A stretch of 47,402 bases of DNA from Actinomycetes bacterium (GCA_046086025.1 JBJSWT010000093.1:1-47402); one strand, 5' to 3'. Positions 1 through 10,016 are shown, counted from the first letter of the stretch. The notes: generated from the sequence alone by a model not told the origin. Numbers and translations: made by a program.

Positions 1-63
1 GGGCTTTTTTACCTGCAACACCTACTTTGGAACAGAAATTGTGAAGTAGATTTATGCCTAAGT

Positions 64-810
64 ATGTTAAGAATCAGCCCTACGCCAGAAAAAATATTAG
101 ATTTATCCCTTTTACCTAATCTTTACTCTTGGCCTGAAAAACCCTGGATCAGAGCCAACATGGTTCAAACCCTTGATGGATCCGTTCTAGATTTACTGGG
201 TTCCACTGAATTGATTACCAACGACATAGATAAGTCAATCTTTAGAACACTTCGCCAATTATCAGATGTGGTAGTTGTTGGTTCAAAAACAGTGAAAACT
301 AACAGATATCAAGATATTAAAATAAGTGAACAAAATAAAGATTTAAGAAAGAAATTAAAACTTAAAGATATTCCTCGCTTAGCAATAATTACTAATAATT
401 TAAATATTGAAAAGGATTTTTTTACTAATTGGCAAGATAATTTAAGACCCTTAATTTATACTCATAAAGAAAACCAATCAAAAATAGAAAATTTTAAAGA
501 TTTGGCAGAAATTGTTTTTTGTGGAAAAAGTCAAGTTGATTTAAAAGCAGTCAAAAAAGATCTAATTCAAAGATCTTTTAGACGTATTCTTTGTGAAGGT
601 GGCCCTACTTTATTAAATTCAATGTTTCAAAATAATTTAATTGATGAGTTAGATTTAACTGTGCAGGTTAAACTTTCTCATTTAACTAATCCCTTAAAAA
701 TTGCCCAAGGTCTACTCTTAAAACCTGCTGTGAAGCTAAAGCCAATTCAAGTGATTCAGCATGAAAAAACGCTTTTGTTGCGCTATCTAGTCCATGGGCA
801 TAGGTTGTAA
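64..810 (+). CDS. RibD C-terminal domain / dihydrofolate-reductase-like reductase family protein
   Basis: 248-aa ORF. Motifs RANMVQTLDGS near the N-terminus and ILCEGGPTLLNSM...DELDLTV near the C-terminus are typical of the RibD_C/DHFR-like fold. It sits just upstream of msrB, as the Rv2671-like gene does in other Actinobacteria (from memory). Confidence 0.7.
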   Translation: MLRISPTPEKILDLSLLPNLYSWPEKPWIRANMVQTLDGSVLDLLGSTELITNDIDKSIFRTLRQLSDVVVVGSKTVKTNRYQDIKISEQNKDLRKKLKLKDIPRLAIITNNLNIEKDFFTNWQDNLRPLIYTHKENQSKIENFKDLAEIVFCGKSQVDLKAVKKDLIQRSFRRILCEGGPTLLNSMFQNNLIDELDLTVQVKLSHLTNPLKIAQGLLLKPAVKLKPIQVIQHEKTLLLRYLVHGHRL

Positions 811-812
811 TT

Positions 813-1241
813 ATGAGTGAAGAAATTTCTGACACAAAACCAAGTGGTGAAAAATATTCTGTTGTTAAATCTGATGAAGAATGGAAAAAACAATTAACTG
901 ATTTTGAATATCACGTTTTAAGACAAGCTGGTACTGAACCTGCGTGGAGTGGACAGATCGAAAAAGGAAATGACATTACTTATCACTGCAGAGGATGCGA
1001 TGCAAAGTTATTTACTTCAAATGAAAAATTTGAATCAAACTGTGGTTGGCCATCTTTTTGGTCACCTTTAGCAAAAGAATCAATAATCGAAATAGATGAT
1101 TTTTCTTTAGGCATGAAAAGAACTGAAGTAAGGTGTGCAACTTGTGGTTCACACTTGGGACACGTGTTTGCAGGTGAAGGTTTTTCTACCCCAACTGATC
1201 TTCGCTATTGCATCAATGCGGTTTGTCTAAAAACTAATTAG
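813..1241 (+). CDS. msrB: peptide-methionine (R)-S-oxide reductase MsrB
   Basis: 142 aa. Has two CxxC zinc motifs (HCRGCDAKLF, RCATCGSHLGHVF), GWPSFW, and the catalytic RYCINAVCL tail. Confidence 0.93.
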   Translation: MSEEISDTKPSGEKYSVVKSDEEWKKQLTDFEYHVLRQAGTEPAWSGQIEKGNDITYHCRGCDAKLFTSNEKFESNCGWPSFWSPLAKESIIEIDDFSLGMKRTEVRCATCGSHLGHVFAGEGFSTPTDLRYCINAVCLKTN

Positions 1242-1296
1242 CCTCAATTAGGTTCGGCGTTGCACCACATCTGTAACTTCTGTAACACCTACAGTT

Positions 1297-1854
1297 ATGG
1301 ATGTGAAAGATCAAAATTCCCACTTCAATCAACTAGTTGAAGAGGTTCGTCGTTCACCTTTAAGACCTGAGGTAACAACGGAGGAAGTGCCAGCGCCGTT
1401 AAGACTTGCACCATATTCGCTGGCAGTTGCAGCTGAAGTTCTTGAAGGTGAAGATGATTTAAGTAATGGTCGCTTAGTTTTACTTTATGACCCAGAATTT
1501 GTTGAAACCTGGCAAGGAAATATTCGCTTAGTAACCTTTACTAAAGCAAGAATCGAACCTGATTTAGCTCAAGATCCATTGCTTACTCAAGTGGGTTGGA
1601 CTTGGCTTTTGGATTGTTTGAGAGATCGAAATGTTGAAGCATCCGCATTATCAGGCACCGTCACTAGAACCTCATCTGAATCTTTTGGAGACTTAGATAA
1701 TCATCCACTTCCAGGAACAATAGAGATAAGAGCATCTTGGACTGTTAAGGAGAACTTAGGTTTACATGTTGCTGCTTGGGCAGATTTACTATGTCAAGCA
1801 GCAGGTTTGCAACCATTGCCACCAGGAATGGCTCGAATCAAGAAAACTCATTAA
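1297..1854 (+). CDS. DUF3000 domain-containing protein (conserved actinobacterial, Rv2680-like)
   Basis: 185-aa acidic protein immediately upstream of RNase D, the conserved actinobacterial position of DUF3000. The family assignment is from memory of that synteny. Confidence 0.6.
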   Translation: MDVKDQNSHFNQLVEEVRRSPLRPEVTTEEVPAPLRLAPYSLAVAAEVLEGEDDLSNGRLVLLYDPEFVETWQGNIRLVTFTKARIEPDLAQDPLLTQVGWTWLLDCLRDRNVEASALSGTVTRTSSESFGDLDNHPLPGTIEIRASWTVKENLGLHVAAWADLLCQAAGLQPLPPGMARIKKTH

Positions 1855-1879
1855 CAAATCTAGTTAGTATTACTTATAT

Positions 1880-3136
1880 ATGTCGAAATCCTTAGAGGAA
1901 ATAACACTTGAGGAAAACGACTTTTTAACCCATATCACAAAACCACTCAGAAAATTTCATCTAATCGAAACAGATGATCAAGTAAAAACAATGTGTGAAA
2001 AATTAAATGAAGAAAATAATTATCTTGCTATAGATACCGAAAGAGCCTCAGGTTTTAGATATTTTAATAAAGCTTATTTAATTCAAGTTTCGACAGAAAA
2101 ATCTGACATTTATTTAATTGACCCGATTAATTTAAAAGATTTAAATAATTTACAAAATTTATTTGGTCATAAACCTTGGATTTTGCATGCAGCTACCCAA
2201 GATTTACCTTGTTTACTGGAATTAGGTCTAAATCCCAAAGAAATATTTGACACAGAATTAGCGGCTAGATTATTGTCCTTACCTAAAGTTGGTTTAGCCG
2301 GTTTATTAGAAGATGAGTTAGGAATAACTTTAGATAAGGAACACTCCGCAGTTAATTGGTCCATTAGACCACTAGAAAATGATTGGCTAAATTACGCAGC
2401 ATTAGATGTTGAATTCCTACATCAATTAATGAATTCATTAAAAACAAAATTGATAAATGCAAACAAATTAACAATTGCCCAAGAAGAATTTGCCTACTTA
2501 TGTACCTGGAAACCTAATGAATCTAGAAAAGAACCATGGCGAAGAACATCAGGCATGCATGATATTAAAACTGGATTAGATAGTTGTATTGTGAAAAATC
2601 TGTGGTTAAAAAGAGATGAAATTGCTCAAGAAAAAGATATGGCTCCAGGAAGAGTCTTAAATGATGCAAGCATTATTGAAATAGCCTTACAAAAGCCAAA
2701 AAGTGAAATCGAGTTAAGTGAATTAAAATCAATTAAATATAGATCTAGCCAACAATATGCAAAAATATGGTTTGAATCATTACAATCTTCACTTGCACTT
2801 GACCCAAAAGATTGGCCAGTTAAAGTTACAAACTCAGATGCCATCCCCCTTCCTAAATCTTGGGAGCAAAAAAATCCAGAAGCCTTTATTCGACTCAAAA
2901 CCTTAAAAAGTTTGATTGCAAATCAAGCTGAAGAGTTAAATATTCCAGTTGAAAATTTATGCTCGCCTGATTTGGTGCGTAAATGGTGTTGGCTTTTGCC
3001 CACTGACCATGAAAAATTGACTATCAACTGGTTCTTGGACCAAGGGGCAAGGCACTGGCAGGCAAAAACCATGGCAGTTCTCTGCCAAAAGGTATTAGAC
3101 AACCCTGGGGTTGACGAATTCAGCAACATGGCCTAA
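1880..3136 (+). CDS. rnd: ribonuclease D-like 3'-5' exonuclease with HRDC domain
   Basis: 418 aa. DEDD exonuclease blocks are present (LAIDTERASGFRY, ILHAATQDLPCL, YAALDVEFL), followed by an HRDC-like region (KRDEIAQEKDMAPGRVLNDASIIEIA). Confidence 0.85.
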   Translation: MSKSLEEITLEENDFLTHITKPLRKFHLIETDDQVKTMCEKLNEENNYLAIDTERASGFRYFNKAYLIQVSTEKSDIYLIDPINLKDLNNLQNLFGHKPWILHAATQDLPCLLELGLNPKEIFDTELAARLLSLPKVGLAGLLEDELGITLDKEHSAVNWSIRPLENDWLNYAALDVEFLHQLMNSLKTKLINANKLTIAQEEFAYLCTWKPNESRKEPWRRTSGMHDIKTGLDSCIVKNLWLKRDEIAQEKDMAPGRVLNDASIIEIALQKPKSEIELSELKSIKYRSSQQYAKIWFESLQSSLALDPKDWPVKVTNSDAIPLPKSWEQKNPEAFIRLKTLKSLIANQAEELNIPVENLCSPDLVRKWCWLLPTDHEKLTINWFLDQGARHWQAKTMAVLCQKVLDNPGVDEFSNMA

Positions 3137-3169
3137 GTTTGAAGGTAACTTCAAAAACAAAGGATCTTT

Positions 3170-4003
3170 GTGCTAGCTGGATTACTGATTGGACTTCGTG
3201 AAGGTCTAGAAGCATCCCTAATTGTGGGAATTTTGATCGCTTATCTTGTAAAAATTGATCTAAGAAGCCGAATCAGAAGTATTTGGATTGGAGTAATTTC
3301 TGCAACCGTGTTTTCACTGGTTGTGGGTATCGCCGTTGGACTAACTTCTGAGTCTTTAACAGAATTTGCTGAGAAATTTTTTGCAGGCACAATGAGTTTT
3401 ATTGCAGTGGGCTTTGTTACAGGCATGATTTTTTGGATGAGAACAGCTTCTAAAGGTTTAGCAAAAGATTTAAGAAACCAAATTGATAGTGCCTTAATTT
3501 CTGGTGGAGCTTTTGGTTTAACCGCACTTTCTTTTGCAGCAGTTGCTCGCGAAGGCGTAGAAACTGCAATATTTTTATGGGCCACGGCTCAAAACTCTGG
3601 AAGTCTTCCAACACTTGTGGGTGGCTTTACAGGAATAGCAATGTCAATATTTTTAGGATATTTGATTTATCTAGGTGCAATTAAATTAAATTTGTCCTTC
3701 TTTTTCAAAACAACTGGAATTCTTTTAATGATTGTGGCAGCAGGAGTTTTAACATATGGAATTCATGAATTTCAAGAATTAGGCTGGCTACCTGGCTTAA
3801 ATTCAATCGCTTATGACATTTCAGGAACTCTGGATCCAAACGGATTTGTAGCAACAATGTTTAGAGGATTACTAAGTTTAAGAACCTCAATGTCTTGGCT
3901 TGAAGTTTATGCTTATATTGCCTATATCCTGATAGTTGGTTATTTCTTCTTAAAACCAAGTAAAACAACTTCAGTTGAACAACCTAAAGTTAAAGTTAGT
4001 TAA
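3170..4003 (+). CDS. efeU: FTR1/EfeU-family high-affinity iron permease
   Basis: 277-aa polytopic membrane protein with two REGxE motifs ([10 protein letters not shown] and [13 protein letters not shown]). GTG start. Confidence 0.85.
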   Translation: MLAGLLIGLREGLEASLIVGILIAYLVKIDLRSRIRSIWIGVISATVFSLVVGIAVGLTSESLTEFAEKFFAGTMSFIAVGFVTGMIFWMRTASKGLAKDLRNQIDSALISGGAFGLTALSFAAVAREGVETAIFLWATAQNSGSLPTLVGGFTGIAMSIFLGYLIYLGAIKLNLSFFFKTTGILLMIVAAGVLTYGIHEFQELGWLPGLNSIAYDISGTLDPNGFVATMFRGLLSLRTSMSWLEVYAYIAYILIVGYFFLKPSKTTSVEQPKVKVS

Positions 4004-5904
4004 TTTTTCTTAACTTTTTCAGAAATAGCATTGTCAAGTCTGGCCATAGCCTCAATTATGTCTCTTGAAATATCTTGAGCAGTTAATCCAATTTCATTCA
4101 AAACTTGAGCTCTTGAAGCATGATCTAAGAATTTTTCTGGTATTCCAAAATCTCTTTGTGGAGTGTAAATATTTCTGTCTCGTAGAAATTGAGAAATACT
4201 AGAAGCAGTTCCACCTGATCTTGAATTATCTTCGATTACTGCAACTAAACGATGTCTTGCACCTAAATTAGCAAGGTAATTTGGTAAAGGTTTAATCCAT
4301 CTTGGATCAACCACAGTTACTCCTAATCCTTGATCGCTTAATCTTTGAGCAACTTCATTTGCTAAATGAGCCATAGCTCCAATGGAAATAACTAGGACAT
4401 CTTCATCACCATTTTTGTTTAAGATGTCGATTCCTTCAATTCTTTCCTGAACAGTAACAGGTGAAACTATCGCACCTTTTGGAAATCTAATTACGGTTGG
4501 TCGGTCTTTCACAACTACTGATTCTCTTAAAAGTTCTCTTAAAGTTTGAGCATCGCGTGGTGCTGCCAACATCAAATTAGGCACTACTTGCAAGATTGAT
4601 AAATCCCACATTCCGTTATGACTTGCTCCATCATCACCAGTTATTCCTGCTCTGTCTAAAACAAAAGTAACTCCTGCTTTATGTAAAGCAACGTCTAAAA
4701 GTAATTGATCAAAAGCACGATTTAAAAACGTGGCATAAATTGCCACCACTGGATGTAATCCGCCCAAAGCCATTCCAGCAGCTGCGGTTGTGGCATGTTG
4801 CTCAGCAATTCCAACGTCATAAATTCTGTCTGGAAATTCTTTTGCAAATTTATCTAATCCAGTTGGTCCAAGCATTGCTGCTGTTATTGCAACTATGTCT
4901 TTTCTTTCTTTACCGATGGCAACTAATTCATCACTAAAAACACTTGTCCACGTTGTAGCACTTGCACTAACTGGTTTGCCAGTAGCAGGATCAATTACAC
5001 CTGTAGCGTGAAATTTTTCAGCTTCATCTTCTAAAGCTGGTGCATAACCCTTACCTTTTTCAGTAATGACGTGCACCATAACTGGACCATGAAATCTTTT
5101 TGCATATTGCAAAGCATTTTCAATTAAATCTTCATCATGACCATTAACTGGACCAATATATTTCAAACCTAAATCTTCAAATAAACCTTGTGGAGCAAAA
5201 ACATCTTTTATACCTTTTTTCATACCATGTAATGCTTCAAAAACCGGTCTTCCGATTGGGGAACGAAGCAACGTTTCTTTACCCCAATCCAAAACTCTTT
5301 CATAAGTTTCATTAGTTCTTAAGGCTGCTAAATGTTCAGATAATCCACCAATAGTTGGTGAATAAGATCTTCCGTTGTCATTAACAACAATTACTAAAGG
5401 ACGATGTTTTTGTGATGCGATGTTATTTAAAGCTTCCCAACTCATACCACCTGTAAGAGATCCATCCCCTACTACGGCAACAACATGTCTATCTTTTAAT
5501 TCTCCAGTTTGTTCAAATGCTCTTGCTAATCCATCTGCCCATGACAATGCAGTTGAAGCATGAGAGTTTTCCACAAAATCATGTTCTGATTCTGCTCTTG
5601 ATGGATAACCAGATATTCCATCTTTTTTTCTCAAATCGCTAAATTTATCTAATCTTCCGGTAAACATTTTGTGCACATAAGATTGATGCCCAGTGTCCCA
5701 AATAATGGCATCTTGTGGTGAATCAAAAACTCTATGCAATGCAATCGTCAACTCCACGACACCTAGATTTGGACCAAGGTGTCCTCCAGTTTTTGAAACT
5801 TTAGAAATTAAAAACTCTCTAATTTCTCGGGCAAGAATTGGCAACTGGGAGGAGGATAGTTTTTTTAAATCTTGAGGAGAATTTATGGAATTTAACAGAC
5901 CCAT
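4000..5904 (-). CDS. dxs: 1-deoxy-D-xylulose-5-phosphate synthase
   Basis: 634 aa. Motifs [17 protein letters not shown], the TPP-binding [18 protein letters not shown]...VNDN, and [15 protein letters not shown] are present. Confidence 0.97.
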   Translation of the reverse strand: MGLLNSINSPQDLKKLSSSQLPILAREIREFLISKVSKTGGHLGPNLGVVELTIALHRVFDSPQDAIIWDTGHQSYVHKMFTGRLDKFSDLRKKDGISGYPSRAESEHDFVENSHASTALSWADGLARAFEQTGELKDRHVVAVVGDGSLTGGMSWEALNNIASQKHRPLVIVVNDNGRSYSPTIGGLSEHLAALRTNETYERVLDWGKETLLRSPIGRPVFEALHGMKKGIKDVFAPQGLFEDLGLKYIGPVNGHDEDLIENALQYAKRFHGPVMVHVITEKGKGYAPALEDEAEKFHATGVIDPATGKPVSASATTWTSVFSDELVAIGKERKDIVAITAAMLGPTGLDKFAKEFPDRIYDVGIAEQHATTAAAGMALGGLHPVVAIYATFLNRAFDQLLLDVALHKAGVTFVLDRAGITGDDGASHNGMWDLSILQVVPNLMLAAPRDAQTLRELLRESVVVKDRPTVIRFPKGAIVSPVTVQERIEGIDILNKNGDEDVLVISIGAMAHLANEVAQRLSDQGLGVTVVDPRWIKPLPNYLANLGARHRLVAVIEDNSRSGGTASSISQFLRDRNIYTPQRDFGIPEKFLDHASRAQVLNEIGLTAQDISRDIIEAMARLDNAISEKVKKN

Positions 5905-5991
5905 TTAAACTTTCCTCCTTTGATTTGAAACACTATAGGTTTTAAGTCCTCTCGCAATTCTAATTCAGTCCCCTATTTTGGCCTATTTCTT

Positions 5992-6792
5992 TTAAATTCC
6001 CTCACGAATTTGGGTTATATCCCACTTCACTGAAGCTAAAAGAGGTTTATTTGGTGTTGCGACAAATAATGCATGGTTTGTTGAATTTGGTGGTCCAGTT
6101 TGAGGTTCAATGCAAAAACTATCTTCAGGTTCGTCATAAATCACAAAAGTTTTATGATCAAATTGGAAATCTAATCTTAATGCATCAGGCCATTGAATAA
6201 AACCTTTCCCACTTGGTACATCAAAAGCATCATCAAAAGGTGGTATTCCTATTTCTTTAGTTTCATTTAAAGTTACAAAATCTTTAGTTCTTATATATTG
6301 AGAAATTGCTTCAATGGCATATTTTGCTTTTTTACCATTTCCTAAATCTCTTTTAAACCAAGGATGCCATCCCAATTGCACTGGAAATTCTTGATCAACT
6401 TCAATCGAAGCACTGCAGCGAATAAATTTATTTGCCACAAACCATTTTTGATTAATTATTGCTTTAACTGGAAAATTATTATTAGACTCATGAATTATTT
6501 CAACTGAATCTGCTTGATGATTTAAAACTTTTCCCTTTTCAAAAGCAACTGTTCCATGAATAGCCCAACTTTGAAAATTAATGCTTTGAGGATAATTTTT
6601 TCCTTTGTAAACTATTTCGTTATTTTCTAATCTTCCAGCCCAGGGAGCCATCAAATACCAGCCTCCCACTAACGGGTTATCGGTTTTTGGTGCAATTATT
6701 TGATATTTTCCAATGTGGCATTCTAAAACTTGACCACCAAGTAATGGGTCAATTACTAATTTGTTTTCACCTTGAGAAATAGTAATAGTCAT
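5992..6792 (-). CDS. aldose 1-epimerase (galactose mutarotase-like) family protein
   Basis: 266 aa, mutarotase-like beta-sandwich signature (WAIHGTV, GWHPWF, FCIEPQTGPPN). It is the last gene of the sugar-utilisation cluster. Confidence 0.7.
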   Translation of the reverse strand: MTITISQGENKLVIDPLLGGQVLECHIGKYQIIAPKTDNPLVGGWYLMAPWAGRLENNEIVYKGKNYPQSINFQSWAIHGTVAFEKGKVLNHQADSVEIIHESNNNFPVKAIINQKWFVANKFIRCSASIEVDQEFPVQLGWHPWFKRDLGNGKKAKYAIEAISQYIRTKDFVTLNETKEIGIPPFDDAFDVPSGKGFIQWPDALRLDFQFDHKTFVIYDEPEDSFCIEPQTGPPNSTNHALFVATPNKPLLASVKWDITQIREGI

Positions 6793-6815
6793 TAAAAAGT
6801 CTTAATTAAAACTTT

Positions 6816-8051
6816 TTAACTTCCAGCTCTAGATTTTCTTCTAGAAATAGCATCTGCAGTTGCTGCAAGTAACAACACAGCACCTGTTACTGCCAAATTT
6901 AATCCTGAAGCAAGACCAATTAAACCTAAGCCATTATCAATAATTGCGATAACAAATCCACCAATTACTGCATCACTTAGTCTTCCTCGCCCACCAAACA
7001 AACTCACGCCACCAACAACTGCCGCAGCAATTGCACTTAACACAATTGAACGTCCAGCTGCAGCATCAACTGAAGCTTGTCTTGAAGCTAACAAAATTCC
7101 AGCAATTCCTGCAAATGTAGATGAAATCATAAAACACGTAATTCGAACTCGATCAACTCGAATACCTGCACGTCTTGCAGCTTCAGCATTGCCACCAACT
7201 GCGTAAACGTGTCTGCCAAATTTAGTTCTATTCAAAACAAAAGTTCCTGCAGCAAGAAGAATTAAAACAATGGGCACTACCCATGGCACACCTTTTAATG
7301 AAGTTACAGCAGGATTTGCGCCACGTTCTTGATTCAAAAATGTAACTACCCCTGCGCCAACTACTAATAATGTTAATGATTTTGCAACCAAAATACTGAT
7401 TGGTTTACTTACTTGACCAGAAGCACTTCTTTGCCTTCTGGAAATTAGAGAAGTTAAAACATAAAGAACAAAAACTATAAACAATAAAATCCAACCAAAA
7501 ATTAAAGGCATTGGTTTATTCATAATTGCAAGAATTGGTGGTGCATCTATTCCAATTAATCCACCACGTCCAATAACTACTAATTGCAAACCTTGAAAAG
7601 CTAAAAATGCCGCCAGCGTTACTACGAACGAGGGTATACCGACTTTGGCAACTAAAAGTCCAACTAGGAATCCAACTAGCATTCCAAAAAGAATTGCAAT
7701 GATAACCGCAATTGGCCATGCAACACCGTAATTAAACATAGAAACAGCTAAGAATCCTGCAGATAAGCCAGCTGTAACTCCAGCTGATAAATCAATTTCT
7801 CCAAGTAATAAAACAAATGTCAAACCCATAGCAAGAGTTGTTACAGTTGCTGTCTGAGTAAGTAGATTTGCAAAATTAATTGGTTTTAAAAATATTGGAT
7901 TTGCAAAGGCAAAAATTGTTGCCAAAATTACCAAACCAAGAAGAGCTGGGAGAGATCCAGTTTCTCCACCTCGTACTTTTACGATGTAATCTTTAAAAGT
8001 ATCTAGTAAAGAACCTTCATTTCCCGTTTGTACAGAATTTTGGTTTGACAT
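6816..8051 (-). CDS. xylH: CUT2-family sugar (xylose-type) ABC transporter permease
   Basis: 411-aa hydrophobic protein with the CUT2 permease signature (GEIDLSAGV, GGNAEAARRAGIRVDRV). Its start lies 1 nt after the stop of the ATPase gene. Confidence 0.85.
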   Translation of the reverse strand: MSNQNSVQTGNEGSLLDTFKDYIVKVRGGETGSLPALLGLVILATIFAFANPIFLKPINFANLLTQTATVTTLAMGLTFVLLLGEIDLSAGVTAGLSAGFLAVSMFNYGVAWPIAVIIAILFGMLVGFLVGLLVAKVGIPSFVVTLAAFLAFQGLQLVVIGRGGLIGIDAPPILAIMNKPMPLIFGWILLFIVFVLYVLTSLISRRQRSASGQVSKPISILVAKSLTLLVVGAGVVTFLNQERGANPAVTSLKGVPWVVPIVLILLAAGTFVLNRTKFGRHVYAVGGNAEAARRAGIRVDRVRITCFMISSTFAGIAGILLASRQASVDAAAGRSIVLSAIAAAVVGGVSLFGGRGRLSDAVIGGFVIAIIDNGLGLIGLASGLNLAVTGAVLLLAATADAISRRKSRAGS

Positions 8052-8052
8052 G

Positions 8053-8811
8053 TTAGGCCTCTACATTTTCTTGAGTTTTGGTACCGGTTATATATGCAAC
8101 AACATCAGATTGTGAAGTTTCAGACTTTTTAACAGCTGCAGTCATTTTTCCTAAGTAAAGAACATAAATTCGATCTGCCACAGTAAACACATCTTGTAAG
8201 TTGTGCGAAATAATAATTACTGCTTTTCCTGCATCTGCAAGTCTTCTTACCAATTGCAAAACCTGTTCAGTTTGAGCAACACCTAAAGCGGCTGTTGGTT
8301 CATCTAAAATAACGACTTTGTTATTCCACAAAACTGCTCTGGCAATAGCTACGGTTTGTCTTTGACCACCAGAAAGTTTAGCTACTTTTTGTCTAACAGA
8401 CTTAACAGTTCTTACTGAAAGAGAAGTAAGAGTACTTGCTGCTTTTGATTCCATGTGTCCTTCGTCTAGAACACCGTTATTTGCCTGTTCTCTTCCTAAA
8501 AACATGTTGTGCACTATGTCTAAGTTGTCGCACAATGCTAAATCTTGATACACCACATCTATTCCAAGATCTGAAGATTGTCTTGGGCTTGTAAGTTCTA
8601 CTTCTTTTCCTTCAAATAAAATTGTGCCTGAATCATAAGGCTGAATGCCAGCTAATCCTTTAATTAAAGTAGATTTGCCTGCACCGTTGTCACCGACTAA
8701 CGCGGTAACTTCACCTGCGCGAATTGAAAAATTTACACCTTTTAAAACTTCTACTGGACCAAAACTTTTTTTAACTTCTCTTAATTCAATTACGGGAGTT
8801 TGACTAGACAA
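8053..8811 (-). CDS. xylG: sugar ABC transporter ATP-binding protein (single-cassette)
   Basis: 252 aa. Walker A GDNGAGKST, signature LSGGQRQ and Walker B VVILDEPTAAL are present. TTG start preceded by GAAGGAG. Confidence 0.9.
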   Translation of the reverse strand: MSSQTPVIELREVKKSFGPVEVLKGVNFSIRAGEVTALVGDNGAGKSTLIKGLAGIQPYDSGTILFEGKEVELTSPRQSSDLGIDVVYQDLALCDNLDIVHNMFLGREQANNGVLDEGHMESKAASTLTSLSVRTVKSVRQKVAKLSGGQRQTVAIARAVLWNNKVVILDEPTAALGVAQTEQVLQLVRRLADAGKAVIIISHNLQDVFTVADRIYVLYLGKMTAAVKKSETSQSDVVAYITGTKTQENVEA

Positions 8812-8850
8812 GTGTTTTCTCCTTCGACCAGGTTATTGCTCTATTTAAAT

Positions 8851-8888
8851 ATATGGTCTTGACACCATTTAAGGTGCCAAGACCATAT
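8851..8888 (-). terminator. intercistronic stem-loop between the binding-protein gene and the ATPase gene (candidate partial terminator or mRNA-stabilising hairpin)
   Basis: atatggtcttgacacc-atttaa-ggtgccaagaccatat forms a 16-bp stem with a 6-nt loop. The single plus-strand A/C mismatch becomes a G-U wobble in the minus-strand (sense) RNA. It lies 22 nt after the SBP stop codon. Confidence 0.5.
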
Positions 8889-8909
8889 AGACGTGCTTTA
8901 AATCAGATC

Positions 8910-10016
8910 TTAGGAAAGACCGATTTCTGTACACTTAGCTGCTGCGTCACCGGTGCAAACATCTGCTGCGGTTTTTGCAATGCGGTCAAGTGCTGCTTTG
9001 AATCCGTCAAGTGATGCTGCATCTGCATACAACGCTTGTGGATCTGCTGCTTGGAATGGTGTTCCGTCAGCCAATTGTTTATTGGTTGTTGGGGTTTCAC
9101 CCTTCAAGATTGCGATTGCCAATTCAGCAGCTGTTGAAGCTTCAACTAAGTAATCTTTGAAGACTGTCATACATTGCTTGCCTGACAATACGTTTGTCAA
9201 ACCTTCAACAGAAGCATCTTGTCCAGAAACTGGAACTTTCAAGTTGTTCTTGTCAAGGATTGCAATTGCTGATGCTGCGTTGGTGTCGTTTGCTGACACA
9301 ACTGCGTCAACTTTTCCACCATTTGCAGTAAGAGCTTGTTCGAAGTTTGTTCCAGCTTTTGCGCCATCCCATGTTCCATCAGGACGTTTTGCGCCAAGTG
9401 CTGCTTTGTCAACTTCTACACCTGCTGCTTTAAGTGCAGTGTCATATCCTTCAGCAAACATTGCTGCGTTTCCGTCTGTTGGGTCTCCATCTAGGAAGAT
9501 CAATTCAGCGGTCTTTGGATCTTTACCTGCATCTGCTAAACACTTCAAGATACCTTCACCTTGAAGAGTTCCAACTGTTACGTTGTCAAATGAAACGTAG
9601 TAGTCAACACCTTCAATTGGACGGTCATAAGCGATTGTTGGTACGCCTTGTGCTTTTGATTTAGCAGCAACTTGTGCACCAGCACCTTGATAATCGGTGA
9701 TGATCATTACGTTGCAACCAGATGCAAGCATTTGGTCACCAATGGTCAACATCTTTGCAGTGTCGCCTTCAGCATTTTGAATGTCGGTTGTGAAACCGGC
9801 TGCTTCTAGTGCTTCCTTCAATGCTGGACGATCTCCATTTTCCCAACGTGGGGAAGATGCAGAGTCTGGCAAGATTACGCAAGCTAAACCGCTTGCAGCT
9901 TCTGCTGCTGCTGTTTCTTCGCTTGCTGCGGAATCACTTGAACCGCTTGAGCATGCTGCTAATAAAAGAGCTGCTGCAGCGGTAACTGCTGCTACTCCGA
10001 AAGAGCGTTTTAACAC
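8910..10016 (-). CDS. xylF: sugar (xylose-type) ABC transporter substrate-binding lipoprotein
   Basis: 368 aa. Signal peptide with lipobox LLLAAC followed by a Ser/Ala-rich linker. Periplasmic-binding-protein type I pattern (MIITDYQG, PTIAYDRP, VDAVVSANDTNA). Sits between xylA and the ABC ATPase. Confidence 0.85.
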   Translation of the reverse strand: MLKRSFGVAAVTAAAALLLAACSSGSSDSAASEETAAAEAASGLACVILPDSASSPRWENGDRPALKEALEAAGFTTDIQNAEGDTAKMLTIGDQMLASGCNVMIITDYQGAGAQVAAKSKAQGVPTIAYDRPIEGVDYYVSFDNVTVGTLQGEGILKCLADAGKDPKTAELIFLDGDPTDGNAAMFAEGYDTALKAAGVEVDKAALGAKRPDGTWDGAKAGTNFEQALTANGGKVDAVVSANDTNAASAIAILDKNNLKVPVSGQDASVEGLTNVLSGKQCMTVFKDYLVEASTAAELAIAILKGETPTTNKQLADGTPFQAADPQALYADAASLDGFKAALDRIAKTAADVCTGDAAAKCTEIGLS

